DNA of 64,000 nucleotides from Bacteroidota bacterium (GCA_020436225.1 JAGQYE010000086.1:4410-68409); one strand, 5' to 3'. Positions 29,173 to 40,530 are shown, numbered from the stretch's first letter. Notes: generated from the letters alone by a model not told the origin. Translations and numbers: made by a program.

Positions 29173-29248
29173 TTTTTTAGTAGAAAGTAATGAGATATGA
29201 GATACCTGTCGAGGGCGAATACTGCATCTTGACCTTGCTGAGATTGGC

Positions 29249-29281
29249 AAAAAAAAGGCTGACGAATGTCAACCTTTTTTC
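29249..29281. terminator. bidirectional terminator between convergent genes
   Basis: A-run, GGCTGAC-GAAT-GTCAACC (one mismatch), T-run. Confidence 0.55.
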
Positions 29282-29319
29282 TATCTCATTTCAAGCATCT
29301 CTACGCTATAATTTCTACT

Positions 29320-30477
29320 CTAATTTCCCAACGCTTTTGCTTTATCCAACATATTCATGCTGGCATAAACTTTCTTTAAATTTGCTTTGTAATCTGCATT
29401 TGTTGGATCGATTTCGTAAGCTTTTTCTAAATATGGTAATGCCTTTTTGAAGATTTCATCGCGTTTTGCTTTCAAAGCATCAGATTTCGCACCGGTTGGA
29501 TCATCTTTATAATCGATAGCATTCATTTGTTTATGATATTGCACACCTTCGTTGAAATATAAAACACCTAAGTTGAAATAAGCATCGCCAAAAGTTGGAT
29601 TTACTTTAATAGCATTTTCATAATTCGCAATGGCTTTATCTCTATCGCCATTTTTATCATATAGTGCTGCCAAGTTGAATAATATAGAAGAATTATTTGG
29701 GTCATTCTTAACGGCTTCTTCAAATTTAGCAATAGATGCAGAAAGGTCGCCGGCATCTAAAGATGCATTTAACTCATAAATTTGTAAGTTTTTACTTGTT
29801 GGATATTTTTTCAAACCTTCAGCAACTATTTTCTTCACGGCATCCGGTTGTTTCTTTTGCTCATACAATTGTACTAAAGTTTCATAGATAGCAACATTAT
29901 CATAATTCAAATCTGCAGCTTTTTGTAAATAATTGATAGCATCATCAATTAAATTGGCATTTGCTGCTGCAATTCCCGCTGCAAAAATATTATTCGTATC
30001 GATAGACGCTTTATATCCTTTGTCAAACAAATATTGGTCAACATCTTGGCTGGCTTTAAAATGCTTGAAAGCATCGTCGTATTTTTTTGCATTAAAACGC
30101 TCAAAGCCAACATTGAAAAGATAGCTGTACATCATTTCTAAACTTGGATAAATCTTCTTTTGTTTTTTAGGATTTAATTCTAATTCGGCTGCTTTAAGAT
30201 AGGCATCTTTGGCATCGAATAAGCAATTCGGATTTTGAGCATAAAAAACTTTGCCTTCGTAAATTGCTTTATACACATCGCCTTTCGTTTGCCAAGCATC
30301 TGAACGCTGTTGTATTTCCGGACTTGCTAATGCCTCATCAATTTCTTTTTTAGCATCTAAAGTTTTTCCTTCTTGTAAGGAAATTTGTGCACTAGTAATT
30401 TTTACTTTTTGAGCAAAAGTAGGATGCATCAAAAAACTAATACTTAATAGTGCTAATAGGAATTTAAAATTTCTCAT
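29320..30477 (-). CDS. secreted TPR-repeat protein
   Basis: Start at MRNFKFLLALLSISFLMHPTFAQ (ATG 30477, 1 nt from the gyrA stop). Multiple TPR-like A..Y...A....P...A.YN.G units. Confidence 0.75.
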   Translation of the reverse strand: MRNFKFLLALLSISFLMHPTFAQKVKITSAQISLQEGKTLDAKKEIDEALASPEIQQRSDAWQTKGDVYKAIYEGKVFYAQNPNCLFDAKDAYLKAAELELNPKKQKKIYPSLEMMYSYLFNVGFERFNAKKYDDAFKHFKASQDVDQYLFDKGYKASIDTNNIFAAGIAAANANLIDDAINYLQKAADLNYDNVAIYETLVQLYEQKKQPDAVKKIVAEGLKKYPTSKNLQIYELNASLDAGDLSASIAKFEEAVKNDPNNSSILFNLAALYDKNGDRDKAIANYENAIKVNPTFGDAYFNLGVLYFNEGVQYHKQMNAIDYKDDPTGAKSDALKAKRDEIFKKALPYLEKAYEIDPTNADYKANLKKVYASMNMLDKAKALGN

Positions 30478-30478
30478 A

Positions 30479-33073
30479 TTAATCGTCATTTTTGTGTTCG
30501 TTATTGTTATTTTCCAAAGTATCATCTGAAGATGATTGCTCATTATTATTTTCAATATTTTCTATATCAGTTGTAACTTGTTCTTCTTGTTCTTCTTGTT
30601 CTTCTTCTTCGTGTTCAATTTTAGAAACCGCAGCAATAGAATCGCCGTCTTTTAATTTAATCAAGCTGACACCTTGCGTGTTTCTTCCCATTGTTCGTAA
30701 AGAACTTAAACTAATTCGTATTGCCAATCCTGATTTATTGATAATCATTAAATCGTTTTCATCAGTTACAGAATTAATGGCAATCATATTGCCGGTTTTT
30801 TCGGTAACATTTAAAGATATAACACCTTTCCCACCTCTTGACGTCAATCTGTAATCTTCTAAAGCCGAACGTTTTCCATAACCATTTTCTGAAACGACCA
30901 TAATATCATCTTTGGTTTCGGAAGTAGTATCTGCACAAACCATGCCAATCAATTCATCATCGTTTCCTCTAAGTGTAATACCTCGCACACCGGAACCGGT
31001 TCTACCGATTGCACGCGTATCTTCTTCATTAAAACGAACGGCATATCCTTTTTTAGAACCTAAAATAATTTCGCATTTTCCGTTTGTTAATGCAGCCGTT
31101 ACCAACTCATCTCCTTCTCTTACAGTAATTGCATTAACACCATTTGAACGCGGACGAGAATATTCTCTTACAGATGTTTTCTTCACAGTTCCTTTTTTGG
31201 TTGCCATCACGATAAAATGCGAATCCAAAAATTCTTCATCTTTTAAATCTTTCAAGTTGATGAATGCTTTTATTTTATCGTCTTGCGCAATATTGATGAC
31301 ATTTTGAATTGGTCTTCCTTTCGATGTTTTATTACCTTCAGGAATTTCATAAACTTTTAGCCAATAACATTTTCCTTGTTCGGTAAATAGCAACAAATAA
31401 TTATGTGTTGAAGCAATAAATAAATGTTCAATAAAATCTTCATCACGAGTTTTCCCACCTTTAGAGCCTTTTCCGCCTCTATTTTGTGTTTTATATTCAT
31501 CTAAAGATGTTCGTTTCACATAGCCTAAATGAGAAATCGTTACGACCATTTCTTCTTCGGCAATCATATCTTCATAAGAAATATCATCGCCATACAATAC
31601 AATTTCTGAACGGCGTTCATCGCCATATTTCTTCTTGATATCACTTAATTCTTCTTTGATGATATCAAAGCGTAAACTTTCGTTAGCAAGAATTTCTTTT
31701 AATCGAGCAATTAAATCAGAAACTTCTTTATGCTCGGCTCTAATCTTGTCGATTTCAAGACCAGTCAATCGTTGTAACGTCAATGCTAATACGGCTTTTG
31801 CTTGGATTTCCGTCATACCAAAGTTAGATATCAAGCCTTCTTTTGCCGCTTCAGGATTTTTTGAAGAGCGAATGAGTTGGATAACTTCATCTAAAGCATC
31901 TAAAGCAATTAAATAGCCTTCTAATATATGTAAACGTTCTTCTGCTTTGCGTAACTCAAATTGCGTTCTACGCGTAACCACTTCTAAGCGAAACTCTACA
32001 AAATATTGAATCATTTCTTTTAAATTCAACAATTGTGGACGTCCTTTTACTAAAGCAATATTGTTTACTCCAAAGCTGGTTTGTAAAGGTGTATGTTGAT
32101 ATAGGTTATTTAGAATAACATTTGGAATAGCATCACGTTTTAAATCAAACACTACGCGTAAACCATCTCTATCCGATTCATCTCTGATTTCTGAAATACC
32201 ATCTATTTTTTTCTCATTTACCAATTCAGATGCGCGCGTGGTAATCATCTTAGGTTGCACTTGATAAGGTACTTCTGAGATGATAATTTGAGTTCTTCCT
32301 TCTTTATTTTCTTCAATTCTTGCTCTACCGCGAACACGAATTTTCCCTCTTCCTGTTCTAAATGCATCTTTCACACCTTCGTAACCATAAATCAATCCGC
32401 CTGTTGGAAAGTCAGGGGCTTTCACAAATTTGATTAACTCGTCAATAGTGATGTCTTTGTTTTCTATATAAGCAATAATGCCATCTATTACTTCTGAAAG
32501 ATTGTGTGGCAACATATTGGTAGCCATACCAACGGCAATTCCTGAAGCACCGTTTACTAAAAGTTGCGGAATTTTTGTTGGCAACACGGTTGGTTCTTCT
32601 AAAGAGTCGTCGAAATTTAATTGAAAATCGACTGTTTCTTTGTCTAAATCTTCCAACATTTCTTCAGCAATTTTTTTCAAGCGCGCTTCTGTATAACGCA
32701 TAGCCGCCGGAGAATCGCCGTCGATTGAACCAAAGTTACCTTGTCCGTCAATAAGTGTATAACGCAAGGACCAAGGCTGCGCCATACGCACCATAGTATC
32801 ATACACAGAACTATCGCCATGTGGATGATATTTACCTAATACTTCCCCAACTATACGAGCGGACTTTTTATAAGGCTTGTTGGACGTCATGCCCAACTCG
32901 TTCATTCCAAATAATACGCGTCTGTGAACCGGCTTTAAACCATCACGTACATCAGGTAAAGCACGTGATACAATTACCGACATCGAGTAATCGATGTAGG
33001 CAGATTTCATTTCATCTTCAATGTTAATTGGGATAATATTTCCGTGGTTTCTTTCTTTTAATTCTTCTGACAT
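30479..33073 (-). CDS. gyrA: DNA gyrase subunit A
   Basis: 864 aa; [27 protein letters not shown]; catalytic-Tyr region AAMRYTE; C-terminal beta-pinwheel repeats; acidic tail. Confidence 0.98.
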   Translation of the reverse strand: MSEELKERNHGNIIPINIEDEMKSAYIDYSMSVIVSRALPDVRDGLKPVHRRVLFGMNELGMTSNKPYKKSARIVGEVLGKYHPHGDSSVYDTMVRMAQPWSLRYTLIDGQGNFGSIDGDSPAAMRYTEARLKKIAEEMLEDLDKETVDFQLNFDDSLEEPTVLPTKIPQLLVNGASGIAVGMATNMLPHNLSEVIDGIIAYIENKDITIDELIKFVKAPDFPTGGLIYGYEGVKDAFRTGRGKIRVRGRARIEENKEGRTQIIISEVPYQVQPKMITTRASELVNEKKIDGISEIRDESDRDGLRVVFDLKRDAIPNVILNNLYQHTPLQTSFGVNNIALVKGRPQLLNLKEMIQYFVEFRLEVVTRRTQFELRKAEERLHILEGYLIALDALDEVIQLIRSSKNPEAAKEGLISNFGMTEIQAKAVLALTLQRLTGLEIDKIRAEHKEVSDLIARLKEILANESLRFDIIKEELSDIKKKYGDERRSEIVLYGDDISYEDMIAEEEMVVTISHLGYVKRTSLDEYKTQNRGGKGSKGGKTRDEDFIEHLFIASTHNYLLLFTEQGKCYWLKVYEIPEGNKTSKGRPIQNVINIAQDDKIKAFINLKDLKDEEFLDSHFIVMATKKGTVKKTSVREYSRPRSNGVNAITVREGDELVTAALTNGKCEIILGSKKGYAVRFNEEDTRAIGRTGSGVRGITLRGNDDELIGMVCADTTSETKDDIMVVSENGYGKRSALEDYRLTSRGGKGVISLNVTEKTGNMIAINSVTDENDLMIINKSGLAIRISLSSLRTMGRNTQGVSLIKLKDGDSIAAVSKIEHEEEEQEEQEEQVTTDIENIENNNEQSSSDDTLENNNNEHKNDD

Positions 33074-33271
33074 TTAATGCTTTATTTTTGCAACACGAAG
33101 ATACGATTTATGCTTGTTTTATTGGCGCAAAATATGTGTTAAATATCCACAAATGCGCATATTTATGTTCGATATTTTGCATAGAAATTAGCAACATTTT
33201 TTTTGTTTAATCCAGATATAAAAATGACTTTTAAATCTTGAAAGGATTCCACTTTTTAGCCTAAATTATTT

Positions 33272-33279
33272 TACCTTTG
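33272..33279 (+). promoter_or_regulatory. TAnnTTTG -7 box
   Basis: TACCTTTG ends 9 nt before ATG 33289. Confidence 0.45.
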
Positions 33280-33288
33280 AATAAAAAT

Positions 33289-33831
33289 ATGGATATGGGA
33301 AATGAAGAACAACAAATTAATAGAGATACTTCTGTAAATATACAGCCTATAGCAATTAGATTTGGTTTAATTGCTTCTTTTGTGTCGATTTTATCTTCTT
33401 TAATGTTGTATTTCTTTAATTTGGAATACAATGGATTTTGGAAATGGCTACCTACAATCTTAATCTTAGCCATTATTATTATCACACAAAAACAAGTTGT
33501 TCAATTAAATGCTCCTTATCAATTTAGTTTTGGAGAATTATTTAAGTTTGGATTTGTCATTGCATTAATTTCTGCTATTGCACTTTTACTTTATTTTATT
33601 CTTTATTCTAACTTTATAATGCCCGATTTTATAGACAAAATAATGGAAGTAAGTAGAAAGCAATTAGAAGAAAAAGGAATGAGTGAAGAACAAATTGAAA
33701 GTGCTTTAGAAATGTCAAAAAAATTTATGTCGCCAACTTTAATGATGGTAATGAGCTTTATTAGTAGTTTAATAATGGGCAGTTTGACTGCATTAATTGG
33801 TGCCGGAATTTTCAAGAATAAGAAGCAATAA
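33289..33831 (+). CDS. DUF4199-like membrane protein
   Basis: ATG at 33289 (the track start 33277 is TTG). About 180 aa with 4-5 TM helices and an amphipathic middle segment, as in Bacteroidota DUF4199. Confidence 0.55.
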   Translation: MDMGNEEQQINRDTSVNIQPIAIRFGLIASFVSILSSLMLYFFNLEYNGFWKWLPTILILAIIIITQKQVVQLNAPYQFSFGELFKFGFVIALISAIALLLYFILYSNFIMPDFIDKIMEVSRKQLEEKGMSEEQIESALEMSKKFMSPTLMMVMSFISSLIMGSLTALIGAGIFKNKKQ

Positions 33832-33842
33832 TTTTATTAAAG

Positions 33843-34736
33843 ATGCATCAAATTCCTACTCTACTTCCGACACATTTTTCTGAATATGAATTAATCGATT
33901 CCGGCAATTTCGAGAAATTAGAACGCTTCGGAAAATATTGCACTATTCGTCCGGAGCCGCAAGCAATTTGGAATAAACAACTTCCGGAAAATGAATGGAA
34001 AAGTAGAGCTGATGTTAAATTTGAAAGCTTGTCTTCATCATCAGGAAAATGGAATTTCTTAAAAAAAATGCCGGAAAATTGGCAAATTCATTATAGCCAT
34101 AATTCATTAAAACTTTGTTTTAATTTGGCATTGACAAAGTTCAAACATGTCGGCATTTTTCCGGAGCAAAGTGTGAATTGGGATTTTATCTTTCAACAAA
34201 CAAAAAAAATAAAACATCAAGTAGAACAACCAAAAGTGTTGAATTTATTTGCATACACAGGCGGTGCAAGTTTGGCTGCCAATGCTGCAGGTGCCGAAAC
34301 TTATCAAGTTGATTCTATAAAACAAGTAGTGAGTTGGGCAAGCCGCAATATGGAATCTTCTCAACAAAAAGATATTCGTTGGGTGGTAGAAGATGCTGTA
34401 AAATTTGTAAAACGAGAAAGAAAACGCGGAAGAAAATACAATGGTATTATTTTAGATCCACCGGCTTACGGACATGGTGCAAATGGCGAAAAATGGAAAT
34501 TGGAAGATCAACTTAACGAAATGATTTTTGATACACTTTCTTTGTTAGATGAGCAACATAATTTTTATATTTTAAATACGTATTCTTTAGGTTTTTCCTC
34601 TTTAATTATTGAAAATATCATAAAAGATAATTTACAAAAAACAAAATTAAACACTGTTCAACCTGAATATGGAGAATTGTATATTCCATCTTCTACTCAA
34701 CAAAAATTACCTTTAGGTGTGTATTGCAGGTTTTAG
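33843..34736 (+). CDS. class I SAM-dependent (rRNA-type) methyltransferase
   Basis: LNLFAYTGGASLAA (motif I), ILDPPAYG (motif IV, DPP[F/Y]). Confidence 0.75.
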   Translation: MHQIPTLLPTHFSEYELIDSGNFEKLERFGKYCTIRPEPQAIWNKQLPENEWKSRADVKFESLSSSSGKWNFLKKMPENWQIHYSHNSLKLCFNLALTKFKHVGIFPEQSVNWDFIFQQTKKIKHQVEQPKVLNLFAYTGGASLAANAAGAETYQVDSIKQVVSWASRNMESSQQKDIRWVVEDAVKFVKRERKRGRKYNGIILDPPAYGHGANGEKWKLEDQLNEMIFDTLSLLDEQHNFYILNTYSLGFSSLIIENIIKDNLQKTKLNTVQPEYGELYIPSSTQQKLPLGVYCRF

Positions 34737-34753
34737 AATTCTATAAATAGACA

Positions 34754-34777
34754 GAAGCTTGTCCTAAAACAAGCTTC
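34754..34777. terminator. hairpin between the convergent methyltransferase gene and hemE (weak terminator)
   Basis: 9-bp stem GAAGCTTGT / ACAAGCTTC with a 6-nt loop. The flanking T-runs are only modest. Confidence 0.35.
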
Positions 34778-34877
34778 CGAAATAAAACATAAAAACCCTA
34801 TGTATGTGAGATATAGGTTATAACGGAAGTAAGCTTATTTTGGTATGTAAAAATGTGTTAAACTTTTCTTGAAAAGG

Positions 34878-35912
34878 TTAATTATCAGTTTTAAAATTTT
34901 TTACTACTTCAATAAAATATTTGGCTTTTTCAAAATCGACATCCGGATAAACGCCATGTCCTAAATTGCAAATATATTTTTGACTTCCGAATGCTTGTAA
35001 CATTTTTTCTGTTTCCTTTTTTATGTTTGATTTATCGGCATACAATACACAAGGATCGAGGTTGCCTTGCAAAGTTTTTGTTGGTGCTTCACTCCTCGCC
35101 TTTTGTGGTTCTATTGTCCAATCTAATCCGATTACAGAACAATTAGTTTCATTAAATTCATTTAAAATATAATGCGCATCTTTAGCAAATAAAATTACTG
35201 GAACATCTTTTATTGCATCACAAATTTGTTGCATATAAGGCAAAGCAAATTCTAGGTATTGTGCTTTGCTCAACACGCCAGCCCAGCTATCAAACACTTG
35301 AACAATATCAGCACCACATTTAATTTGTTCTTGTAAATAAGCAATTGTACTGCTTGTGATTTTTTGCAAAAGTTGATGTGCTAATTCCGGATTGGTGTAT
35401 AGCATTTTCTTTGCATTAGAAAACGTTTTGCTGCCTTTACCTTCTATCATATAAGAAAATATTGTCCAAGGAGCACCGGCAAATCCTATCAATGGAACAC
35501 GATTGTTTAATGCATTTTTCGTCAGCTTTATCGAATCAAAAACATAATGTAATTGGGCCACAACATCTATAGAAAGTTTATCGACATCTTGTTGTGATTT
35601 TATAGTTTCCGGAAAAAATGGTCCTTTGCTTTCTATCATCTCATAATTTAAACCCATCGCTTCAGGTATAACTAAAATATCTGAAAAAATGATAGCTGCA
35701 TCAACATCTAAAATATCAACAGGCTGCAAGGTAACTTCACAAATTAATTCCGGATTTTTTACTAATTCTTTAAAACCTGCAACGTTATTGCGTACATATC
35801 TGTATTCAGGCAAAATTCTTCCGGCTTGTCGCATTAACCAAACCGGAATTCTTTCTGTGTTTTCTCCTCTTGCAGCTTTTAAGATTAAGTCATTTTTCAA
35901 CATAATGGGCAA
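34878..35912 (-). CDS. hemE: uroporphyrinogen decarboxylase
   Basis: PVWLMRQAGRILPEYR; 344 aa. Confidence 0.95.
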   Translation of the reverse strand: MPIMLKNDLILKAARGENTERIPVWLMRQAGRILPEYRYVRNNVAGFKELVKNPELICEVTLQPVDILDVDAAIIFSDILVIPEAMGLNYEMIESKGPFFPETIKSQQDVDKLSIDVVAQLHYVFDSIKLTKNALNNRVPLIGFAGAPWTIFSYMIEGKGSKTFSNAKKMLYTNPELAHQLLQKITSSTIAYLQEQIKCGADIVQVFDSWAGVLSKAQYLEFALPYMQQICDAIKDVPVILFAKDAHYILNEFNETNCSVIGLDWTIEPQKARSEAPTKTLQGNLDPCVLYADKSNIKKETEKMLQAFGSQKYICNLGHGVYPDVDFEKAKYFIEVVKNFKTDN

Positions 35913-36002
35913 AATTACAAAATCTTAGTGCTAAAATTTGCCTATTTTTAAGGCAAGAAAAGAATTTACAGTTTAATATTTTTTTAGTGAACATTTGTAA
36001 CC

Positions 36003-36734
36003 ATGAGCCAAGCGATAGAAATAAATAATCCAACAGTTTCCAAGATAATGCCGCGTGTGGTGGATATAAAGAATGCCAAAATTATGCACCACAATCATTT
36101 AGTTTTAGATAATGTAAAATTTGAAGTGCGCAAAGGCGATTTTGTTTATTTAATTGGAAGAACAGGAAGTGGAAAAAGTAGCTTATTAAAAACATTGTAC
36201 GGCGATTTGGAATTTAATAATGGCGATGCTGATGTTTGTGGCTATAATTTGAAAACTTTAAAACGATCTGACGTATGTAATTTACGTAGAAGATTGGGCA
36301 TCGTGTTTCAAGATTTTCAGTTGTTAAATGATAGAAATGTGTATGATAATTTAGCGTTTGTTTTGCATGCTATTGGTTGGAACGATAAACAAAAAATAAA
36401 ATCTACAATTGAAGAATCATTAGAACGAGTGCGTTTGGCAGACAAAATAAAAAAAATGCCCAACCAACTTTCCGGTGGTGAACAACAACGCGTTACCATT
36501 GCTCGAGCCTTATTGAATGATCCGGAATTAATTTTAGCTGATGAACCCACCGGAAATTTAGACCCGGAAACAACGGATGAAATTATGAGTTTGTTTTATC
36601 AAATTTATAAAGACACACAAACGCCTATGATTTTTGCTACGCACAATTATCAATTATTAGAAAAATATCCTGGAATTATTTATATGTGCGGTTACAACTC
36701 TATTAGTAGAGATGATTCGCATGTGCGCCAATAA
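36003..36734 (+). CDS. ftsE: cell-division ABC ATPase FtsE-like
   Basis: Walker [10 protein letters not shown], signature LSGGEQQRV, Walker [12 protein letters not shown]. Confidence 0.75.
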   Translation: MSQAIEINNPTVSKIMPRVVDIKNAKIMHHNHLVLDNVKFEVRKGDFVYLIGRTGSGKSSLLKTLYGDLEFNNGDADVCGYNLKTLKRSDVCNLRRRLGIVFQDFQLLNDRNVYDNLAFVLHAIGWNDKQKIKSTIEESLERVRLADKIKKMPNQLSGGEQQRVTIARALLNDPELILADEPTGNLDPETTDEIMSLFYQIYKDTQTPMIFATHNYQLLEKYPGIIYMCGYNSISRDDSHVRQ

Positions 36735-36736
36735 AA

Positions 36737-37129
36737 TCAGCCGTTTCCTAACGCTTTTGCTAAATCGTTGAGTTGACTTCGCCACAATTCTTTAGCACTT
36801 GCTACATCTTCTTTATATGCAAAATCCGTAACCGTTAATATCGTTTCTTTGGTGATGTCGGTTACTTTTATTTTATATTCAAAATAAGCTTTGTCATCTT
36901 CTTCATCTTCCCAGCGCAACTTAATATGTACATCTTCTTCGTAGTTCAATACTTCTGCTACTTGTTCATCGCCATTCCATTCAAACGTAAAAATTTCACC
37001 ATTTGGATCTAAGTCCACATAATCGGCAAACCATTGTACTAAACCGGAAGGTGTGGTTAAAAAATTGTACAAGATTGTGGGTGAAGATTTGAATGTACGT
37101 TCTACAGTAAATGGAATTTTGTTGGCCAT
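36737..37129 (-). CDS. SRPBCC/START-like (AHSA1-type) domain protein
   Basis: 130 aa; pattern ...P..LY..L.TP.GL..WFAD.V... typical of START-like proteins in Bacteroidota. Confidence 0.55.
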   Translation of the reverse strand: MANKIPFTVERTFKSSPTILYNFLTTPSGLVQWFADYVDLDPNGEIFTFEWNGDEQVAEVLNYEEDVHIKLRWEDEEDDKAYFEYKIKVTDITKETILTVTDFAYKEDVASAKELWRSQLNDLAKALGNG

Positions 37130-37221
37130 AATTAAAATTATTTCACAAATTAAACAAAATATTGAATTTTACAACTTTTACAATGTTTTTTTTAAAAATA
37201 AGGAAAACCGTAGAAACAATA

Positions 37222-38505
37222 TTATAAAAACTCTGCAACTAAAAAGAAACTGCCGCAAATTAATATTAAATCGTTGGCTTCAAATTTTGTTTTTGCAAAT
37301 TCCAATGCAACTTTAGAATGCTTGAAAGCATTGCCATTTAATTGATGTTGTTGAGCTTTATCCTTTAATATTTCTGCATCTAATTTTCTTGGTGTATTGG
37401 GTTCTGTAAAATAATAAAATGCTTCTTTAGGTAATAAACTCAACACTTTTTCTATGTCTTTATCTTTTACCACACCAAAAATAATATGCAAATGATTGTA
37501 TGATTCACGTTCTAATTGTTGTTTTATTTTTGCAATGCCATCTTCATTATGGCCGACATCAACAATTACTCTCGGATTTTTTTGAATAGTTTGCCAACGA
37601 CCTTGTAGATTGGTATTTTGTTTTACTTTTGAAAAACCCAATTGAATCGCCTTTTCTTTTATAGGTAAAAGTTGTTGTTCATTTAAGATAAAAATAGCAG
37701 CCAAGCATGTCCTAATATTTTCAACTTGATAAGCAAAATTCAAATCACAGCAAATATTTTCTTGCTTCTGATTTACATGCGCATCTAGCATTATATAATT
37801 TTGAGTGTACGCTGTTTTGATATTATGAACTATATCTTCTGCAAAAAAGATAGGTGCATTTTTTTCCTTTGCGTTTTGTTGAAATAATGCTTGGATTTCT
37901 TCTTGTTTTCTGCCAATTAAAACAGGAATTTTTTCTTTGATGATGCCGGCTTTTTCTGCTGCAATTTCGCTTAATGTATTTCCTAAAATATTTTGATGAT
38001 CGTAGCTGATGTTGGTAATGATAGAAAGCAAAGGTGTGATGACATTTGTTGAATCTAAGCGACCGCCTAAACCAGTTTCGATAATGGCAATATCCACTTT
38101 TTTCTTAGCAAAATATTGAAATGCCATTGCCACAGTAATCTCAAAAAAAGAAGGTTTTATAGTATCAATTTGTGCTTGTATTTTTTTTGTGAATTGTACT
38201 ACAAATTTTTCAGAACAAGGTTTTCCGTTTATTTTAATGCGCTCTCTAAAATCTTTTAAATGAGGAGATGTATATAAGCCGGTTTTGTAACCTGCTTCTT
38301 GCAATACCGAAGCTAATATATGTGCTACAGAGCCTTTTCCATTGGTGCCTGCAATATGAATGGTTTTAATTTTTGAGTGAGGATTTTTTAGAGCTGCACA
38401 CAATTCAATGGTATTCGTTAAATCCTTTTTATATGCAATTTCTCCATCTCGAGAAAACATAGGCAATTTATTGTATAAAAAATCAAGCGTTTCTGCGTAG
38501 TTCAT
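37222..38505 (-). CDS. folC: folylpolyglutamate synthase / dihydrofolate synthase
   Basis: HIAGTNGKGS P-loop and Mur-ligase-type layout; 427 aa. Confidence 0.9.
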   Translation of the reverse strand: MNYAETLDFLYNKLPMFSRDGEIAYKKDLTNTIELCAALKNPHSKIKTIHIAGTNGKGSVAHILASVLQEAGYKTGLYTSPHLKDFRERIKINGKPCSEKFVVQFTKKIQAQIDTIKPSFFEITVAMAFQYFAKKKVDIAIIETGLGGRLDSTNVITPLLSIITNISYDHQNILGNTLSEIAAEKAGIIKEKIPVLIGRKQEEIQALFQQNAKEKNAPIFFAEDIVHNIKTAYTQNYIMLDAHVNQKQENICCDLNFAYQVENIRTCLAAIFILNEQQLLPIKEKAIQLGFSKVKQNTNLQGRWQTIQKNPRVIVDVGHNEDGIAKIKQQLERESYNHLHIIFGVVKDKDIEKVLSLLPKEAFYYFTEPNTPRKLDAEILKDKAQQHQLNGNAFKHSKVALEFAKTKFEANDLILICGSFFLVAEFL

Positions 38506-38529
38506 TTATATAGAAAGAGAAAAGAGAGT

Positions 38530-39453
38530 TTATTGTGTAGAGAAACCGAATTTGTAGGTTATTGTTCCCACTTGTTCTTCCACTGCATTCGGATTGGCAC
38601 TGAATTTTGTACGCATTGCGCCATCTTCAGCAATTTGAATTAAATATGGGTCGGTGGTGGTGCTTCCTTTTTGTTGATATTTGGCATAGATAACTTTTCC
38701 ACTTCTATCTACTTTTATCATGACCACCACTTTACCTGTTTTCTGGCTATCATCTTTTATCATGTAAGGATTCCATGTTCTTCCGGCTAAGTTGTAACCT
38801 GCACTATTGCCGGTTCCGTTTGGACTACCGCCAGGCATTCCATTCGGAGAACCTGAGTTTCCGCCCGGATTTCCATTGCCTGCACCGTTTCCGGGACCAT
38901 TTCCTTGAGCATTGCCTGTTCCATTTCCGGCGCCATTGCCAGTTGAATTTTTTCCTTTAGTCCAAGCAGAAGCCATTTGATCTTTTATTTTTTTCTCTTC
39001 AGCTTCTCTTGCTAAGCGTTCTTGTTCAGCTTTTTTTACTGCTTCGGCGATACGTTGTTGCTCTAATAAAGCTTGTTGTTGTTTAATGGCTTCTTGCTTT
39101 TTTATATTGGCAATGGCAACCGCTTGTGCATCTTCTGCTGTCATAACAGTATTACTTGGCGTTGCCGGAGCAGCTGTTGTTTTAGAAGGATGTGGTGTTG
39201 GCGGCGTTGGCGTAATATCTGCAGAAGCTGTTTGTGTGGAAGATGAACCACCTGCTTCGCGTAGATAATCGTCACCGAGCCCGGTTTCGTTATCTCCGAA
39301 ATCTACAATTACACCATCTATTTTATCTTGTATAACCGGATGTGGCAAATAAGCAAAAAATAAGATTAGAAATAAGATAGTTAATGTAGCCGTTGTTATT
39401 GCCAACGATTGTTGATTGGATTTGCTTTGTTGTATTTGAATGGCTTGGTTCAT
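38530..39453 (-). CDS. TonB-like energy-transducer family protein
   Basis: N-terminal TM, Pro/Thr/Ala spacer, charged coiled region, Gly/Asn-rich low complexity, C-terminal TonB-C-like segment GKVVVMIKVDRSGKVIYAKY. Confidence 0.6.
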   Translation of the reverse strand: MNQAIQIQQSKSNQQSLAITTATLTILFLILFFAYLPHPVIQDKIDGVIVDFGDNETGLGDDYLREAGGSSSTQTASADITPTPPTPHPSKTTAAPATPSNTVMTAEDAQAVAIANIKKQEAIKQQQALLEQQRIAEAVKKAEQERLAREAEEKKIKDQMASAWTKGKNSTGNGAGNGTGNAQGNGPGNGAGNGNPGGNSGSPNGMPGGSPNGTGNSAGYNLAGRTWNPYMIKDDSQKTGKVVVMIKVDRSGKVIYAKYQQKGSTTTDPYLIQIAEDGAMRTKFSANPNAVEEQVGTITYKFGFSTQ

Positions 39454-39561
39454 TCAGTATATTTTGATATCGTGCGACAAAAATCTTATTTTATTTTTTA
39501 ATTTAAAGATAAAAATACACACGTATGTTTATTTAACTCAAAATATGTACCAATTATTATC

Positions 39562-40464
39562 TTAAAAAAAGTTAGCCACCAATACCTTATCTATTTTTTC
39601 GATTAATTCTTCCGGTGTTAAGGCGTCTTTTTCTAAAATAAATTTGGTGATTAAGTTATTTGGAACTTCTTCTATATGATTGAAAACAACTTCAACATTT
39701 TCTGGAGCATTTTTCCAAATTCCATCACCTGATTTTTCTTCTTTTCCAATAAATGAACCTACAACCGATTGAGGAAAGTATTTTTTATTTAATATTTTTC
39801 GACTATCTGCCAATACAAACACAGGAATATTGTAGGTTTTCGCTGCAGCAGCTACAACATGAGCGCCGGAATTAGTTATAAAAGTTTCATGCATGATGAT
39901 ATCACATCCAATTAAAACTATGTCAATTTCTGATAAGAATTTCCCAAGTCCTGCATCATCAATAACTTTGAGCTGAACGCCTTTTGATGCCAGTATTTTT
40001 GCTTGTTTTTTACCGAATTTCTCCTCTAATGAAATCAATTGTATAATATTGAATTTCATTTGATTGACATTCAATAATTCAATTAAAGATTGAATATTAA
40101 TATCATTTCCGTGTAATAGAATAGTTTTATTATTGAAATCAAAATTTTCTTTGGTTATAACGGCTGTTTTCCTATCTACATTCTTCCATCTTTCATGAAA
40201 AACTTCCAACATTTCTTTAATGACAATTGGTTGATTTTCCGGATCAATTTTTAAAAGAAAGTGATTGATATAATGATTAACGGATGTAATATTTGGTTTC
40301 TCTGTAATAACGGTTCTTAATCCAGTCAGCATTTCTCGAACTGAATTTGAAATCTTATTATCAGAAATTAACGAAATAAGTTTATTTGCTGTTTTTAGGG
40401 CATTTTGGAAAGCTCTGGCACTTTCCATAATCGGATTATTTGTTATTTTCTTTAAAATGCTCAT
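39562..40464 (-). CDS. eIF-2B alpha/beta/delta-like (sugar-phosphate isomerase family) protein
   Basis: C-terminal half ...IDIVLIGCDIIMHETFITNSGAHVVAAAAKTYNIPVFVLADSRK resembles the IF-2B family Rossmann core. Confidence 0.5.
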   Translation of the reverse strand: MSILKKITNNPIMESARAFQNALKTANKLISLISDNKISNSVREMLTGLRTVITEKPNITSVNHYINHFLLKIDPENQPIVIKEMLEVFHERWKNVDRKTAVITKENFDFNNKTILLHGNDINIQSLIELLNVNQMKFNIIQLISLEEKFGKKQAKILASKGVQLKVIDDAGLGKFLSEIDIVLIGCDIIMHETFITNSGAHVVAAAAKTYNIPVFVLADSRKILNKKYFPQSVVGSFIGKEEKSGDGIWKNAPENVEVVFNHIEEVPNNLITKFILEKDALTPEELIEKIDKVLVANFF

Positions 40465-40530
40465 TATCTCACAATATAGTTTTAAAACAGTTTATAAACA
40501 ATTTAAAACAAGAAACAGTTGTTGGTTAAT

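Noticed and set aside
29190-29450. 86-aa plus-strand ORF spanning the convergent intergenic region
   Set aside because: It overlaps the bidirectional terminator and the 3' end of the TPR gene on the opposite strand, and has no start context.
38775-39000. Gly/Asn-rich (GNGAGNGTGN..) repeat DNA in the TonB-like gene as a contingency locus
   Set aside because: The repeats are imperfect at the nucleotide level with no long identical units. Low-complexity linkers are common in TonB/TolA-type proteins.
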